Notes under the pieces: generated by a model
What the model was told of the DNA's origin: nothing
Seen by the model: only the letters and a program-made list of their open reading frames with translations
Database searches by the model: none
Made by a program: the position numbers and the translations under genes
Shown: piece by piece, positions 7,383-15,070 of the stretch
Numbering within the stretch: the stretch's first letter is position 1
Layout: the number at the start of each line of letters is the position of its first letter
From: an uncultured Candidatus Saccharibacteria bacterium
Lineage (GTDB): Bacteria; Patescibacteriota; Minisyncoccia; Minisyncoccales; CG1-02-41-26
NCBI GenBank assembly: GCA_964348225.1
Contig: CAYGBM010000025.1
Span: forward strand, 1-60,960
Reading direction: 5' to 3'
DNA: 60,960 nt

Positions 7383-7427
7383 CCGGAGTCAGCATCCAAA
7401 AACCCTTATAAAATAAGGGTTTTTGGA
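7358..7427 (+). repeat. Cassette-boundary element copy H (core variant with a different hairpin)
   Basis: AACAGCCCCTAACATTGTCGCATAGCCGGAGTCAGCA, then a 15-bp perfect hairpin. The stop codon of the NUDIX ORF (7380-7382) lies inside the core. Confidence 0.75.
7395..7427. terminator. Bidirectional hairpin between convergent genes
   Basis: TCCAAAAACCCTTAT-aaa-ATAAGGGTTTTTGGA, a 15-bp perfect stem with A/T-rich arms. Confidence 0.7.
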
Positions 7428-7522
7428 TTGAGGATAGGGTGAGGAATAAGATAGTTTATATATGTTTGTACAATTTCTACTCTTTCGAGACAATGGTCAA
7501 CAAATTTTTTTATTTAAACTGA

Positions 7523-8314
7523 CTAAAGATGCGGAAACACTGCGTTTGAAAACTCCCTGGTTAAGGAAACCCCATATTTGATATATTCAGGGAAATTATC
7601 ATTATCAACTACCATAAATTCTGTGTCAGGATTATTTTCTTGAAGATCCCTCAGTATATCAAGTTTTTGGAGTTCACTTCCTGATGAAATGCTGGCTGCG
7701 ACCAGATCCATATTCTCATTGTTTCTGACAATCGAGAAGCTTTTTATAAGTTCTTTAACATCATTAAGATCAAGGCCAGAAGGGTCCAAGCTGGAGCTCT
7801 CGGTGGTGTAGATGGAATCTTTATCGATAAACTCTTCAACCTCTTTAAGGTGTTTTGGGTCCTTTAGATCTTTTTCAACTCTGTCTTTTTGTCTGATGGT
7901 TATGAAACCGATCTTAGATTCAGGATAGAGTGCCCTTAAATTTTTAAGCAATACTTTGGTTGCAGGCCTGACATAAGTCGCTACCGGCTCTTTACTTCCA
8001 TTTTCCCATTTGGCTTCAGCGATCGTATCATCAATATCAAAAAGAATCTCGTGCTTAGAACTTGGTGTTTGAGAATGCATCCGTTTCGCTTCTTCCCAAA
8101 CCCACTTTAAAAACCTTTTTTCTGATTCAAGGCATTTTTCAATCCTTTCTTCGAACCTCTCTGGCTCAAGACCGACTTTTGGAGCCCTCTCAGCTACGTA
8201 TTCTTTATAGAAACCCCGTGCCTCTTGCTCAACACCTTCCCATATTTTTTCTATTTCTTCATGACCGGACTCTTTCTCTGGAATGTTAAACTGTGGTCCT
8301 CTTTCAATTCCCAT
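7523..8314 (-). CDS. HAD-superfamily-like hydrolase with unknown N-terminal region
   Basis: FDIDDTI (DxDxT motif I) and a late MVVDND acidic motif. A candidate -10 TATAAT lies on the minus strand at 8352-8357. Confidence 0.5.
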   Translation of the reverse strand: MGIERGPQFNIPEKESGHEEIEKIWEGVEQEARGFYKEYVAERAPKVGLEPERFEERIEKCLESEKRFLKWVWEEAKRMHSQTPSSKHEILFDIDDTIAEAKWENGSKEPVATYVRPATKVLLKNLRALYPESKIGFITIRQKDRVEKDLKDPKHLKEVEEFIDKDSIYTTESSSLDPSGLDLNDVKELIKSFSIVRNNENMDLVAASISSGSELQKLDILRDLQENNPDTEFMVVDNDNFPEYIKYGVSLTREFSNAVFPHL

Positions 8315-8550
8315 ATTTTTAACTAGTTTAAGATTTTCAATCTTTTTCTAAATTATAGTGAAAATAGCGCAAAAAGTAAAACAAGCCTCGAGCTTTTTTT
8401 GGTTAAACTTACAAGTTTTAATCTCCTTAACGCTTTCTTCTTTGTTAAGGATATTGTAGTACTTTTAAGAAGACAGTGTGTCAACGAAAACTGTGGTCAA
8501 TGGGTTACACCAAAACTCCATCTGGAATTTCTGGGGAAATACCCATCAAA

Positions 8551-8580
8551 AAGTTTCGAACGTTGTTCAGTCCCCGGAAC
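8551..8580 (+). repeat. Partial boundary-element variant I
   Basis: AAGTTTCGAACGTTGTTCAGTCCCCGGAAC matches the left part of copy J (9332-9360). No hairpin module follows. Confidence 0.65.
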
Positions 8581-8722
8581 AAAGTAGTATGTTGTGATGT
8601 TGCGAGGAGAATGCGCGACACCCTATTTTTTAGTAGCCGTTATGCGCTTATCATGATTTCGTCTGGCTCGAGCCATGATTGCGCATAACGGCTTTGAATA
8701 TATGAGCTATGTTGTTTGCATT

Positions 8723-9022
8723 TCACACACCCATTTGTATATCGTACACCATAGAAACAGCTCCGTTGCGGTGTCTAACTTCTTCTTCACAGACTACCAC
8801 ACCATTGAGAAGCCGAAAGATTTCTAAGATATTCCCTTGGATGTCTTTTGCCCCTCCTAACTTTTTTGTGACTGGCCACAAGAAGTGAGCATCGCTCCCA
8901 TCTAATGAGATCTTCACTCTGTAGAGTGCATCCAGCTTTTTTTCCTTATGGCGCGGAGCACCTGGTCCAGCCTCTTTTCTGCACGGCTCTTCAATGAGAT
9001 AAAGCCTGTATGTGAAAGCCAT
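8723..9022 (-). CDS. Hypothetical protein
   Basis: ORF with an ATG at 9022 preceded by GGAGG at 8-nt spacing. The track start at 9031 is a GTG that abuts the SD. I recognise no family. Confidence 0.5.
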   Translation of the reverse strand: MAFTYRLYLIEEPCRKEAGPGAPRHKEKKLDALYRVKISLDGSDAHFLWPVTKKLGGAKDIQGNILEIFRLLNGVVVCEEEVRHRNGAVSMVYDIQMGV

Positions 9023-9331
9023 TGTGTTCACCTCCTTTTGCTGTCAGATACATTTCTTTGGGAAAGAAATGTAGCCAGAAACAAAATACCCGCCTTAAGT
9101 AGGCGAGTATTCCAGAGCAAGCTTTTTGGTTCTTTCTCTCTAAAGCCAACCTAAGAACACGCGTCTACAAGAGACGGTCGTAGTTCCTGTGGTTGTTGTC
9201 TTAGAGTAATAATTCATAAAGCAATAAAGCAATGTTCTATATATATAACATATTTATTGCGCAGAGTCAACGGAAAATAGGGGTCAACTCTATTTTTCTA
9301 TTGTTTCAAAGAACGACAGGGCATGTTGGCC

Positions 9332-9423
9332 AGTTTCGAACGTTGTTCAGTTCCCGGAGCCACTTATTCACTATTATAACCGCAACAAGCAATTTCCCCT
9401 TTCAAGAGAGGGGATTTTGTTTT
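9332..9423 (+). repeat. Cassette-boundary element copy J (long form, variant core)
   Basis: AGTTTCGAACGTTGTTCAGTTCCCGGAGCCACTTATTCACTATTATAACCGCAACAAGCAATTTCCCCTTTCAAGAGAGGGGATTTTGTTTT. Confidence 0.85.
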
Positions 9424-9430
9424 GGATTTG

Positions 9431-9439
9431 TGGTAGAAT
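9431..9439 (+). promoter_or_regulatory. Extended -10 promoter (TGgTAGAAT)
   Basis: Lies immediately after boundary copy J and 21 nt upstream of the ATG at 9460. Confidence 0.45.
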
Positions 9440-9459
9440 GGAAGAAGAAAGCCAGACTT

Positions 9460-9939
9460 ATGAAAAAGAAAACTATTCTCATAACCATACTTAGCATCAT
9501 AATTGTTATTGTGGTTGGCGGATTTATCCTCTATTTCAGCTTGCCAGAACCTTTAAGCAGAGGACATAATGATGCACGTGTCTACTCAGCTATTAGCCAA
9601 GCAAGGACTGTAATGGTTTATCTTGAATCGTCAGAAGGTAATTACGATAGCTTTAACTGTGAGCATAAAGACATAGCAAGCATTTGTGAGGAGATTGAAT
9701 TTCGTGGAGGCGAAGCAATAATTGCCCGTGATAAAGCAAGCAGTTCTGAATCTGCTTGCATTTATTCCCTTTTGCCGTATCGTTCCAGTAAAAAGCAGGG
9801 CTTTTGGAGGAAAACAAAAGATTATTGGCTCTGTACTGATTCAAATGGTCAGAAAGGCTACACAACGATTGATCCAGGCAGCAATGGTTATTGCCTTGAA
9901 GGAGAAAGTGCGGTTTGCCCTCCGTTCGTTGAAGAGTAG
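9460..9939 (+). CDS. Membrane-anchored Cys-containing protein, possibly pilin-like
   Basis: The internal ATG at 9460 gives MKKKTILITILSIIIVIVVGGFIL (TM helix), followed by DARVYSAISQARTVMVY. The upstream part of track ORF 9232-9939 reads through repeat J. Confidence 0.55.
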   Translation: MKKKTILITILSIIIVIVVGGFILYFSLPEPLSRGHNDARVYSAISQARTVMVYLESSEGNYDSFNCEHKDIASICEEIEFRGGEAIIARDKASSSESACIYSLLPYRSSKKQGFWRKTKDYWLCTDSNGQKGYTTIDPGSNGYCLEGESAVCPPFVEE

Positions 9940-9950
9940 CAGATTGGGGT

Positions 9951-10017
9951 GCCATCCGGGGAGTCAGTCAGAACGATAATATTCTCTGAAATTCTGCCAA
10001 GGACGGCGGATTTTTTT
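9951..10017 (+). repeat. Degenerate terminal boundary element K
   Basis: GCCATCCGGGGAGTCAGTCAG resembles the copy H core CATAGCCGGAGTCAGC. It is followed by the TCTGCC/GGCGGA hairpin (9993-10010) and TTTTTTT. Confidence 0.45.
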
Positions 10018-10103
10018 GGTTGATTTCATTTTACTTTGTTTGAAGTATAATGATATCGGAGGATTAAAGGCCGATGTTTTAATTATGAGTACGATAATTA
10101 TTT

Positions 10104-10766
10104 ATGAAAAATATGAAAAAGATACTGACTATTTGTCTATTGGTTGTTTTTGTATTGGTGGCTTTTCAGATAAAAGCTGCCCCAAAGCCGCGAGGTGGAG
10201 GATTGGAAGCGCCTTCTAACCTTGAGGCCACAGCTGTCTCTTCTTCTCAGATTGATTTAAGCTGGCAAGATAACTCAAGTAAAGAGACTGGCTTTAGAAT
10301 TGAAAGAAGTCCAAATGGGCAAGATTTTTCTGAAATTGATGAGGTTGGAGCCAATGTTACCAGTTATTCTGATACTGACTTGTCTCCAAGCACCACTTAC
10401 TACTACCGGGTAAGGGCTTTTAGGCAGACTGGCCAGAAAACGACTTATTCTGACTATTCCAATACAGCACAAGCAACCACCCTTGAGGTTGCGCCAGATG
10501 CTCCAAGTAATTTAAGCGCTATAGCTTCAACCAGCGATTACGTGGCGCTTAATTGGCAGGATAATTCTGACAATGAAGACGGCTTTAGTATAGAAAGAGG
10601 CACTAATGGAATAGATTTTTGGGAGATTGCTACAACCTCAGTGGATGTTTATTGGTATTTTGATTATAATGTGACAAGTAGTGTTACCTATTATTATCAA
10701 GTCAGAGCGTTTAATGAGGTTGGGTATTCTGGATATTCAAATGTAGCCTCAACAACCGTCCCTTAG
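10104..10766 (+). CDS. Secreted or anchored protein with two fibronectin type III domains
   Basis: Signal-like N-terminus. Two repeats follow of PSNL.A.A.S...I.L.WQDNS..E.GF.IER..NG..F.EI......V..Y.D..L....TYYY.VRAF. Confidence 0.8.
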   Translation: MKNMKKILTICLLVVFVLVAFQIKAAPKPRGGGLEAPSNLEATAVSSSQIDLSWQDNSSKETGFRIERSPNGQDFSEIDEVGANVTSYSDTDLSPSTTYYYRVRAFRQTGQKTTYSDYSNTAQATTLEVAPDAPSNLSAIASTSDYVALNWQDNSDNEDGFSIERGTNGIDFWEIATTSVDVYWYFDYNVTSSVTYYYQVRAFNEVGYSGYSNVASTTVP

Positions 10767-10788
10767 TCTTTAGAGAGAAAGACGAAAT

Positions 10789-10823
10789 AAAAGAGAGTAC
10801 TTAGATACTCTCTTTTATTTTTT
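10789..10823. terminator. Bidirectional intrinsic terminator between convergent genes
   Basis: AAAAGAGAGTA / TACTCTCTTTT 11-bp stem followed by ATTTTTT. The loop overlaps the stop codon of the minus-strand gene. Confidence 0.75.
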
Positions 10824-12063
10824 GTATCATTTTTTTGATGTCTTTGTTTGTGTAGAAGTTTTGGAGAGGGAAGTTGACGATTCTTCTGGCTACCTCAACG
10901 GTGTTGGGGAATTGGGAGAGGTTAATATTATATTTTTTTTGAACCTCTTTATTCAAGATGATTGGGGTGTGCCAGATGCGGGTGGCAAAGATCCCCTTTT
11001 TTCTTAAGCTGACCACAAACTTATCTCTCGGTATATTTTTGGGCACTAAAGCGCTTAAAAAAGTGAAGTGGTTCAAACCAGAGCGATCGCTGCCATTTGA
11101 ACCAGTTGGATTTTGGACTTCAAAGCCCATTTTTTTTAATTCTTGCTGGAAGAAGGAACCGAGTTCCTTCCTTTGATTCAGGGTTGTTGCAAGGTTTTTC
11201 ACCCCGTTAGAAATCCTCTCCCGAGGCAAAGTAGACGTGGGCGGCACTTTATTTCTAACGGGGCTTAGTTGCCAAGCAAAGATGTTTAAAGATACTCTGT
11301 TTATTTTTGAGGGGCGTGGTATTTTTTCTCCTCTGATATATTTAGGAGCGATTTTCCCGGCGTATTTTTTAAACAGGAAACTGAAGCAGGGAAAGCAATT
11401 TAAAAGAGAAACAAAATCCCGCAGAGAAAAATGTGTTGGAGGCAGATCTTTCGGATTCCCGCCTGCACCGAGGCTTCGGCGGGCAGGTCGGATTTCTGGT
11501 TTCGGATTTTTAATTATTGCCATTCCTCCCCGTAAGGTAGGGAAGAGCTTATAAAGACTGAAAAGGGCTGCATCCCCAAAATTGCCTGTATAGTTGCCTT
11601 TGTATTGTACACCTAAACTGTGGGCGCAGTCCTCAATAACCTTGAGGTTGTATTTTTTTGCCACAGCTAATATTTTATCTAAATTGGCTGGCAGCCCATA
11701 GGTGTGGCAGACAACCATGGATTTAACTTCTGGATTCATTTTTTCTTCAATTTGGGCTGGGTCTATGTTAAAAGTTTCTTTTTCAATATCTAAGAAAACA
11801 GGCAAGATATTATATTCTAAAAAAAGAGGAAAGAAAATGTCGCAGATGTAAGAGGGTATCATCATTTGGGAATTTTGGAGCTGAAGTTCTTCAACAATCA
11901 GACGAAAGGCAGAGCGGCCCATATCAGTAAGATAATTCTCTTTTTCAGGAAACATTTCTTTGAGCTTTTCTCTGATATGGGAATCTGGTTTTTTTAGAAA
12001 ACAAAAAAAGAGTTTGGCTAAATTGCTGATATTAAATTTTATTTGAGGGTGAACGAAATACAT
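10801..12063 (-). CDS. DegT/DnrJ/EryC1/StrS-family aminotransferase-like protein with a long internal insertion
   Basis: Motifs IEDCAHSLG, GNFGDAALFSLYKLFP (Lys motif) and a C-terminal fold region. About 100 aa of extra sequence lies between them. Confidence 0.65.
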   Translation of the reverse strand: MYFVHPQIKFNISNLAKLFFCFLKKPDSHIREKLKEMFPEKENYLTDMGRSAFRLIVEELQLQNSQMMIPSYICDIFFPLFLEYNILPVFLDIEKETFNIDPAQIEEKMNPEVKSMVVCHTYGLPANLDKILAVAKKYNLKVIEDCAHSLGVQYKGNYTGNFGDAALFSLYKLFPTLRGGMAIIKNPKPEIRPARRSLGAGGNPKDLPPTHFSLRDFVSLLNCFPCFSFLFKKYAGKIAPKYIRGEKIPRPSKINRVSLNIFAWQLSPVRNKVPPTSTLPRERISNGVKNLATTLNQRKELGSFFQQELKKMGFEVQNPTGSNGSDRSGLNHFTFLSALVPKNIPRDKFVVSLRKKGIFATRIWHTPIILNKEVQKKYNINLSQFPNTVEVARRIVNFPLQNFYTNKDIKKMIQKIKESI

Positions 12064-12101
12064 AAATATAATACTAATCTACGAATGATACACGAATACC
12101 A

Positions 12102-12356
12102 CTAATGTAATACTCGTTTAGGGACTATATATTTCTGTCGAAAGTTAATAATTAATCCTAGATTTTTATTGTAGCTTTGTAAGTATCTTTTCATTTGATA
12201 ATAGTCCTCTTTGGTTACTATTCTTTTAGTCTTAAAGTCTACCACAACTTTGCCTTCTATTATAAAGTCGGGGATATTCCTTCCTGGCCTTTCTCCTTGA
12301 AATGACGGAGGAATAGGGTGTTCTCTTTCATATATTATTTTATTTTCTTTTAACAA
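12102..12356 (-). CDS. GxxExxY-family (PD-(D/E)xK-like) protein, possibly 5'-truncated
   Basis: The PDFIIEGKVVVDFKTKR..YYQMKRYLQ..LGLIINF pattern matches the family. The frame stays open and homologous up to 12440 but has no ATG there. Confidence 0.55.
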   Translation of the reverse strand: MLKENKIIYEREHPIPPSFQGERPGRNIPDFIIEGKVVVDFKTKRIVTKEDYYQMKRYLQSYNKNLGLIINFRQKYIVPKRVLH

Positions 12357-12585
12357 CTGCTCAAACGCATCTGCATATTGTTTCTCATTCCTAAATCGGC
12401 CTAGTTGATTATAAATCTTATAACAGAGACCATAAACTTTTTATTAGTAGCATTAGAATAAATTTGTAGATTAGTATTATTAAATAATACAAGAAAAATG
12501 CTTGAATTAAAATACGAATGGGTTTATAATATTATATTCTATTTTAAAGGGGCGCACGGACTTGCTCGTGGGTCTTTGTAAAAAT

Positions 12586-13305
12586 ATGGAGAACAAAAGA
12601 AATGTCCGCGGTTTAATTCTATGCGGTGGGCTTGGTAAAAGGTTGATGCCCTTGACCATGGAGCTGCCAAAGCCTCTGGTAGAAATTAGAAGGGGCTTTA
12701 CTATTTTAGACAAGCAGCTTTTAGACCTGAAAGAGGCTGATATAAAAAAAGCTTTTTTACTGGTTGGTTATTTGGGAGACAAAATTAAAGAAAGATACAA
12801 AGACAGGTGGAACGATATAGAGATAGGCTATTTTGCAGAGGAGCAGCCCATGGGCACACTTTGGGCCATCAAGAATGCTTTAGCAAACATAAAGCAGGAG
12901 GGTGATGTTGTGGTGCGGAACGGTGATATTGTTTCTGACTTCAGCATAAGAAAGTTTGCAGAAACCTCTAAAGCTTCTCCTTATCTCTTGACGCTTGCTG
13001 TAACTAAGATGCTTAGCCCCTACGGGGTTTTAAAGTTGGACGGTGACAAAATCACAGATTTTGTTGAAAAACCACTTTTGGACTTGTATATTAATGCTGG
13101 TATTTACTATATTAAAAAAGACGGCTTTCCTTATTTCTTTGAAAATTATTCAGAAAAGGATGTTGAAAAAACAGTTTTTCCAAAATTGACTAAAGAGGGC
13201 CGGACAGGCTATTATTATGAAGATGTTTTTTGGGAGTCAGTTGATACAATAAAAGATTTGGAAAGAGTGAGGAGAGAGTTTGAAAAAAGACAAAACCAAA
13301 ACTAA
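12586..13305 (+). CDS. Sugar-1-phosphate nucleotidylyltransferase
   Basis: GLILCGGLGKRLMPLTMELPKPLV signature. The first ATG in frame is at 12586; the track start at 12562 is not an ATG. Confidence 0.8.
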   Translation: MENKRNVRGLILCGGLGKRLMPLTMELPKPLVEIRRGFTILDKQLLDLKEADIKKAFLLVGYLGDKIKERYKDRWNDIEIGYFAEEQPMGTLWAIKNALANIKQEGDVVVRNGDIVSDFSIRKFAETSKASPYLLTLAVTKMLSPYGVLKLDGDKITDFVEKPLLDLYINAGIYYIKKDGFPYFFENYSEKDVEKTVFPKLTKEGRTGYYYEDVFWESVDTIKDLERVRREFEKRQNQN

Positions 13306-13310
13306 GTTAT

Positions 13311-14219
13311 ATGGCAAAAATTATAGTAACAGGCGGGGCTGGCTTTATAGGCTCTCACCTTGTTGACAAATTAATAGAAAGTGACCACCAGGTCGTAGTG
13401 GTTGATAATTTTTCAACAGGCAAAGAGGCGAATGTAAATCTTAAAGCAGATTTTCAAAAGATTGATATTTGCGACCTGGAAAAGCTGAAATCCTTGTTTA
13501 GGGGACAGGATTTTGTTTTTCATTTAGCTGCTCTTCCCCGCGTTCCGATTTCAGTAAAAGACCCTGTTGGAACATCCAAAGTCAATGTTTTAGGAACAAC
13601 CAGTGTTTTTAAAGCAGCCTCTGATGCTGGAGTGAAAAGAGTTATTTTTGCTTCATCTTCTGCTGTCTACGGTGAACAAAAAGAGCTTCCATTAAGAGAA
13701 GATATGAAAGCTAACCCAGTAAGCCCCTATGGTTTGCAGAAATTGGCAGGAGAACAGTTTGCAAAACTATTCACTGACCTTTACAAAATACCAATTATCT
13801 CTCTAAGATATTTCAATGTTTATGGACCCAGGATTGATTTTCACAGCGATTATAGCTTAGTTTTGGGAAAGTTCTTAAAGCAGAAAGCTGAGGGCAAGCC
13901 TTTAACAATTTACGGAGACGGGAACCAAACAAGAGGGTTTTGTTTTATTGACGATGTTATTAAAGCGAATATCTTAGCTATGGAGAGTGATAAATTGAAG
14001 GGAGGGGAGGTAATTAATATTGGCAGTGAAAAATCCCAAACAATCAATTATTTAGCTGACTTAATTGGAGGAGAAAAACAATACTTGCTTCCAAGGCCTG
14101 GAGATACCCCTCATACAAAAGCTGATATAACCAGAGCCAAGGAACTGCTTGGTTGGGTCCCGGAAGTTTCTTTTGAAGAAGGAGTAAAGAGGACCCAGGC
14201 ATGGTTTGAAAGTTTATAA
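13311..14219 (+). CDS. NAD-dependent NDP-sugar epimerase/dehydratase (SDR)
   Basis: VTGGAGFIGSHL and the catalytic YxxxK (SPYGLQKLAGE). Confidence 0.85.
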   Translation: MAKIIVTGGAGFIGSHLVDKLIESDHQVVVVDNFSTGKEANVNLKADFQKIDICDLEKLKSLFRGQDFVFHLAALPRVPISVKDPVGTSKVNVLGTTSVFKAASDAGVKRVIFASSSAVYGEQKELPLREDMKANPVSPYGLQKLAGEQFAKLFTDLYKIPIISLRYFNVYGPRIDFHSDYSLVLGKFLKQKAEGKPLTIYGDGNQTRGFCFIDDVIKANILAMESDKLKGGEVINIGSEKSQTINYLADLIGGEKQYLLPRPGDTPHTKADITRAKELLGWVPEVSFEEGVKRTQAWFESL

Positions 14220-14225
14220 AAGCAT

Positions 14226-15059
14226 ATGAAAGACAAACAATTAAAAGATTTAAAAATTGGCATTGTGGGCGTGGGAATGGTTGGTGGTGCGATAAAACGT
14301 TATTTTGAGAAGAATAAGATCGTTCCTCTCTTGTATGATAAGGGAAAAAAATTAGGATCGCCAGCAGAAATTAATCAAGCTGATCTTGTTTTTGTTTGCG
14401 TTCCAACGCCCTTTGATAAAGAAAAAGGATTTGACATATCATATGTTGAAGCTGCTTGCAGTGGTTTGCAGGGCAAGAAAATTGTAGTTATAAAATCAAC
14501 GGTTGTGCCAGGCACCACTGAAGGTTTTCAGCAAAAGTATCCCCAGCATAGATTCTTGTTTAACCCGGAGTTTTTAACCGAAGAGACTGCTGACCAGGAT
14601 ATGCGTTATCCTGACAGGCAGCTTGTTGGCTATACCAAGCAAAGCTACAGTGTTGCTGGTGATGTTATGCAGATTCTTCCCATGGCTCCTTTTGAGAAAA
14701 TTATGCCATCAACCGAGGCTGAAATGGTCAAATATTTTGGCAACACCTGGTTTGCAGCCAAGGTGGTATTCGCTAACCAAATCTATGATTTGTGCCAAAA
14801 AATGGGACTTGAATACGACAGGGTTATGGAGGCAGCAGCTGCTGATAAAAGAATCGGTAGGTCGCATCTTACGGTTATACATAAGGGATATCGTGGGTAC
14901 GGGGGGAAATGCATTCCAAAGGACATTAAGGCTTTGATTCAGTTTGCAGATTCCCAGGGCGTTGACTTGAAACTTCATAAAGCAACAGAAGAGATAAATA
15001 ACGAACTCATGAGAAAGCAGGGGATTGACGACCCAGAGAAATTTTCAAAAAGAGATTAA
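14226..15059 (+). CDS. Short nucleotide-sugar dehydrogenase (UDP-glucose/GDP-mannose dehydrogenase family)
   Basis: IGIVGVGMVGGA Rossmann motif, FNPEFLTE, and catalytic Cys in GGKCIPKD. At 277 aa it lacks the usual C-terminal domain. Confidence 0.6.
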   Translation: MKDKQLKDLKIGIVGVGMVGGAIKRYFEKNKIVPLLYDKGKKLGSPAEINQADLVFVCVPTPFDKEKGFDISYVEAACSGLQGKKIVVIKSTVVPGTTEGFQQKYPQHRFLFNPEFLTEETADQDMRYPDRQLVGYTKQSYSVAGDVMQILPMAPFEKIMPSTEAEMVKYFGNTWFAAKVVFANQIYDLCQKMGLEYDRVMEAAAADKRIGRSHLTVIHKGYRGYGGKCIPKDIKALIQFADSQGVDLKLHKATEEINNELMRKQGIDDPEKFSKRD

Positions 15060-15070
15060 AAAACCATTCT

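Noticed and set aside
8399-9154. Track ORFs 8399-8587, 8476-8688 and 8948-9154
   Set aside because: They have odd composition and no recognisable motifs. They overlap repeats, hairpins or the opposite-strand gene. I treated the region as noncoding.
9232-9459. N-terminal 76 codons of track ORF 9232-9939
   Set aside because: This part reads straight through boundary copy J and its terminator hairpin. An in-frame ATG at 9460 yields a sensible membrane-anchor N-terminus and lies just downstream of a TGgTAGAAT box.
1-10017. The recurring conserved element could be mistaken for a CRISPR array
   Set aside because: The repeats are 65-170 nt and variable in length, and each ends in a terminator hairpin. 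The intervening segments are 0.2-1 kb, and almost all encode real proteins carrying enzyme motifs. No cas genes are present.
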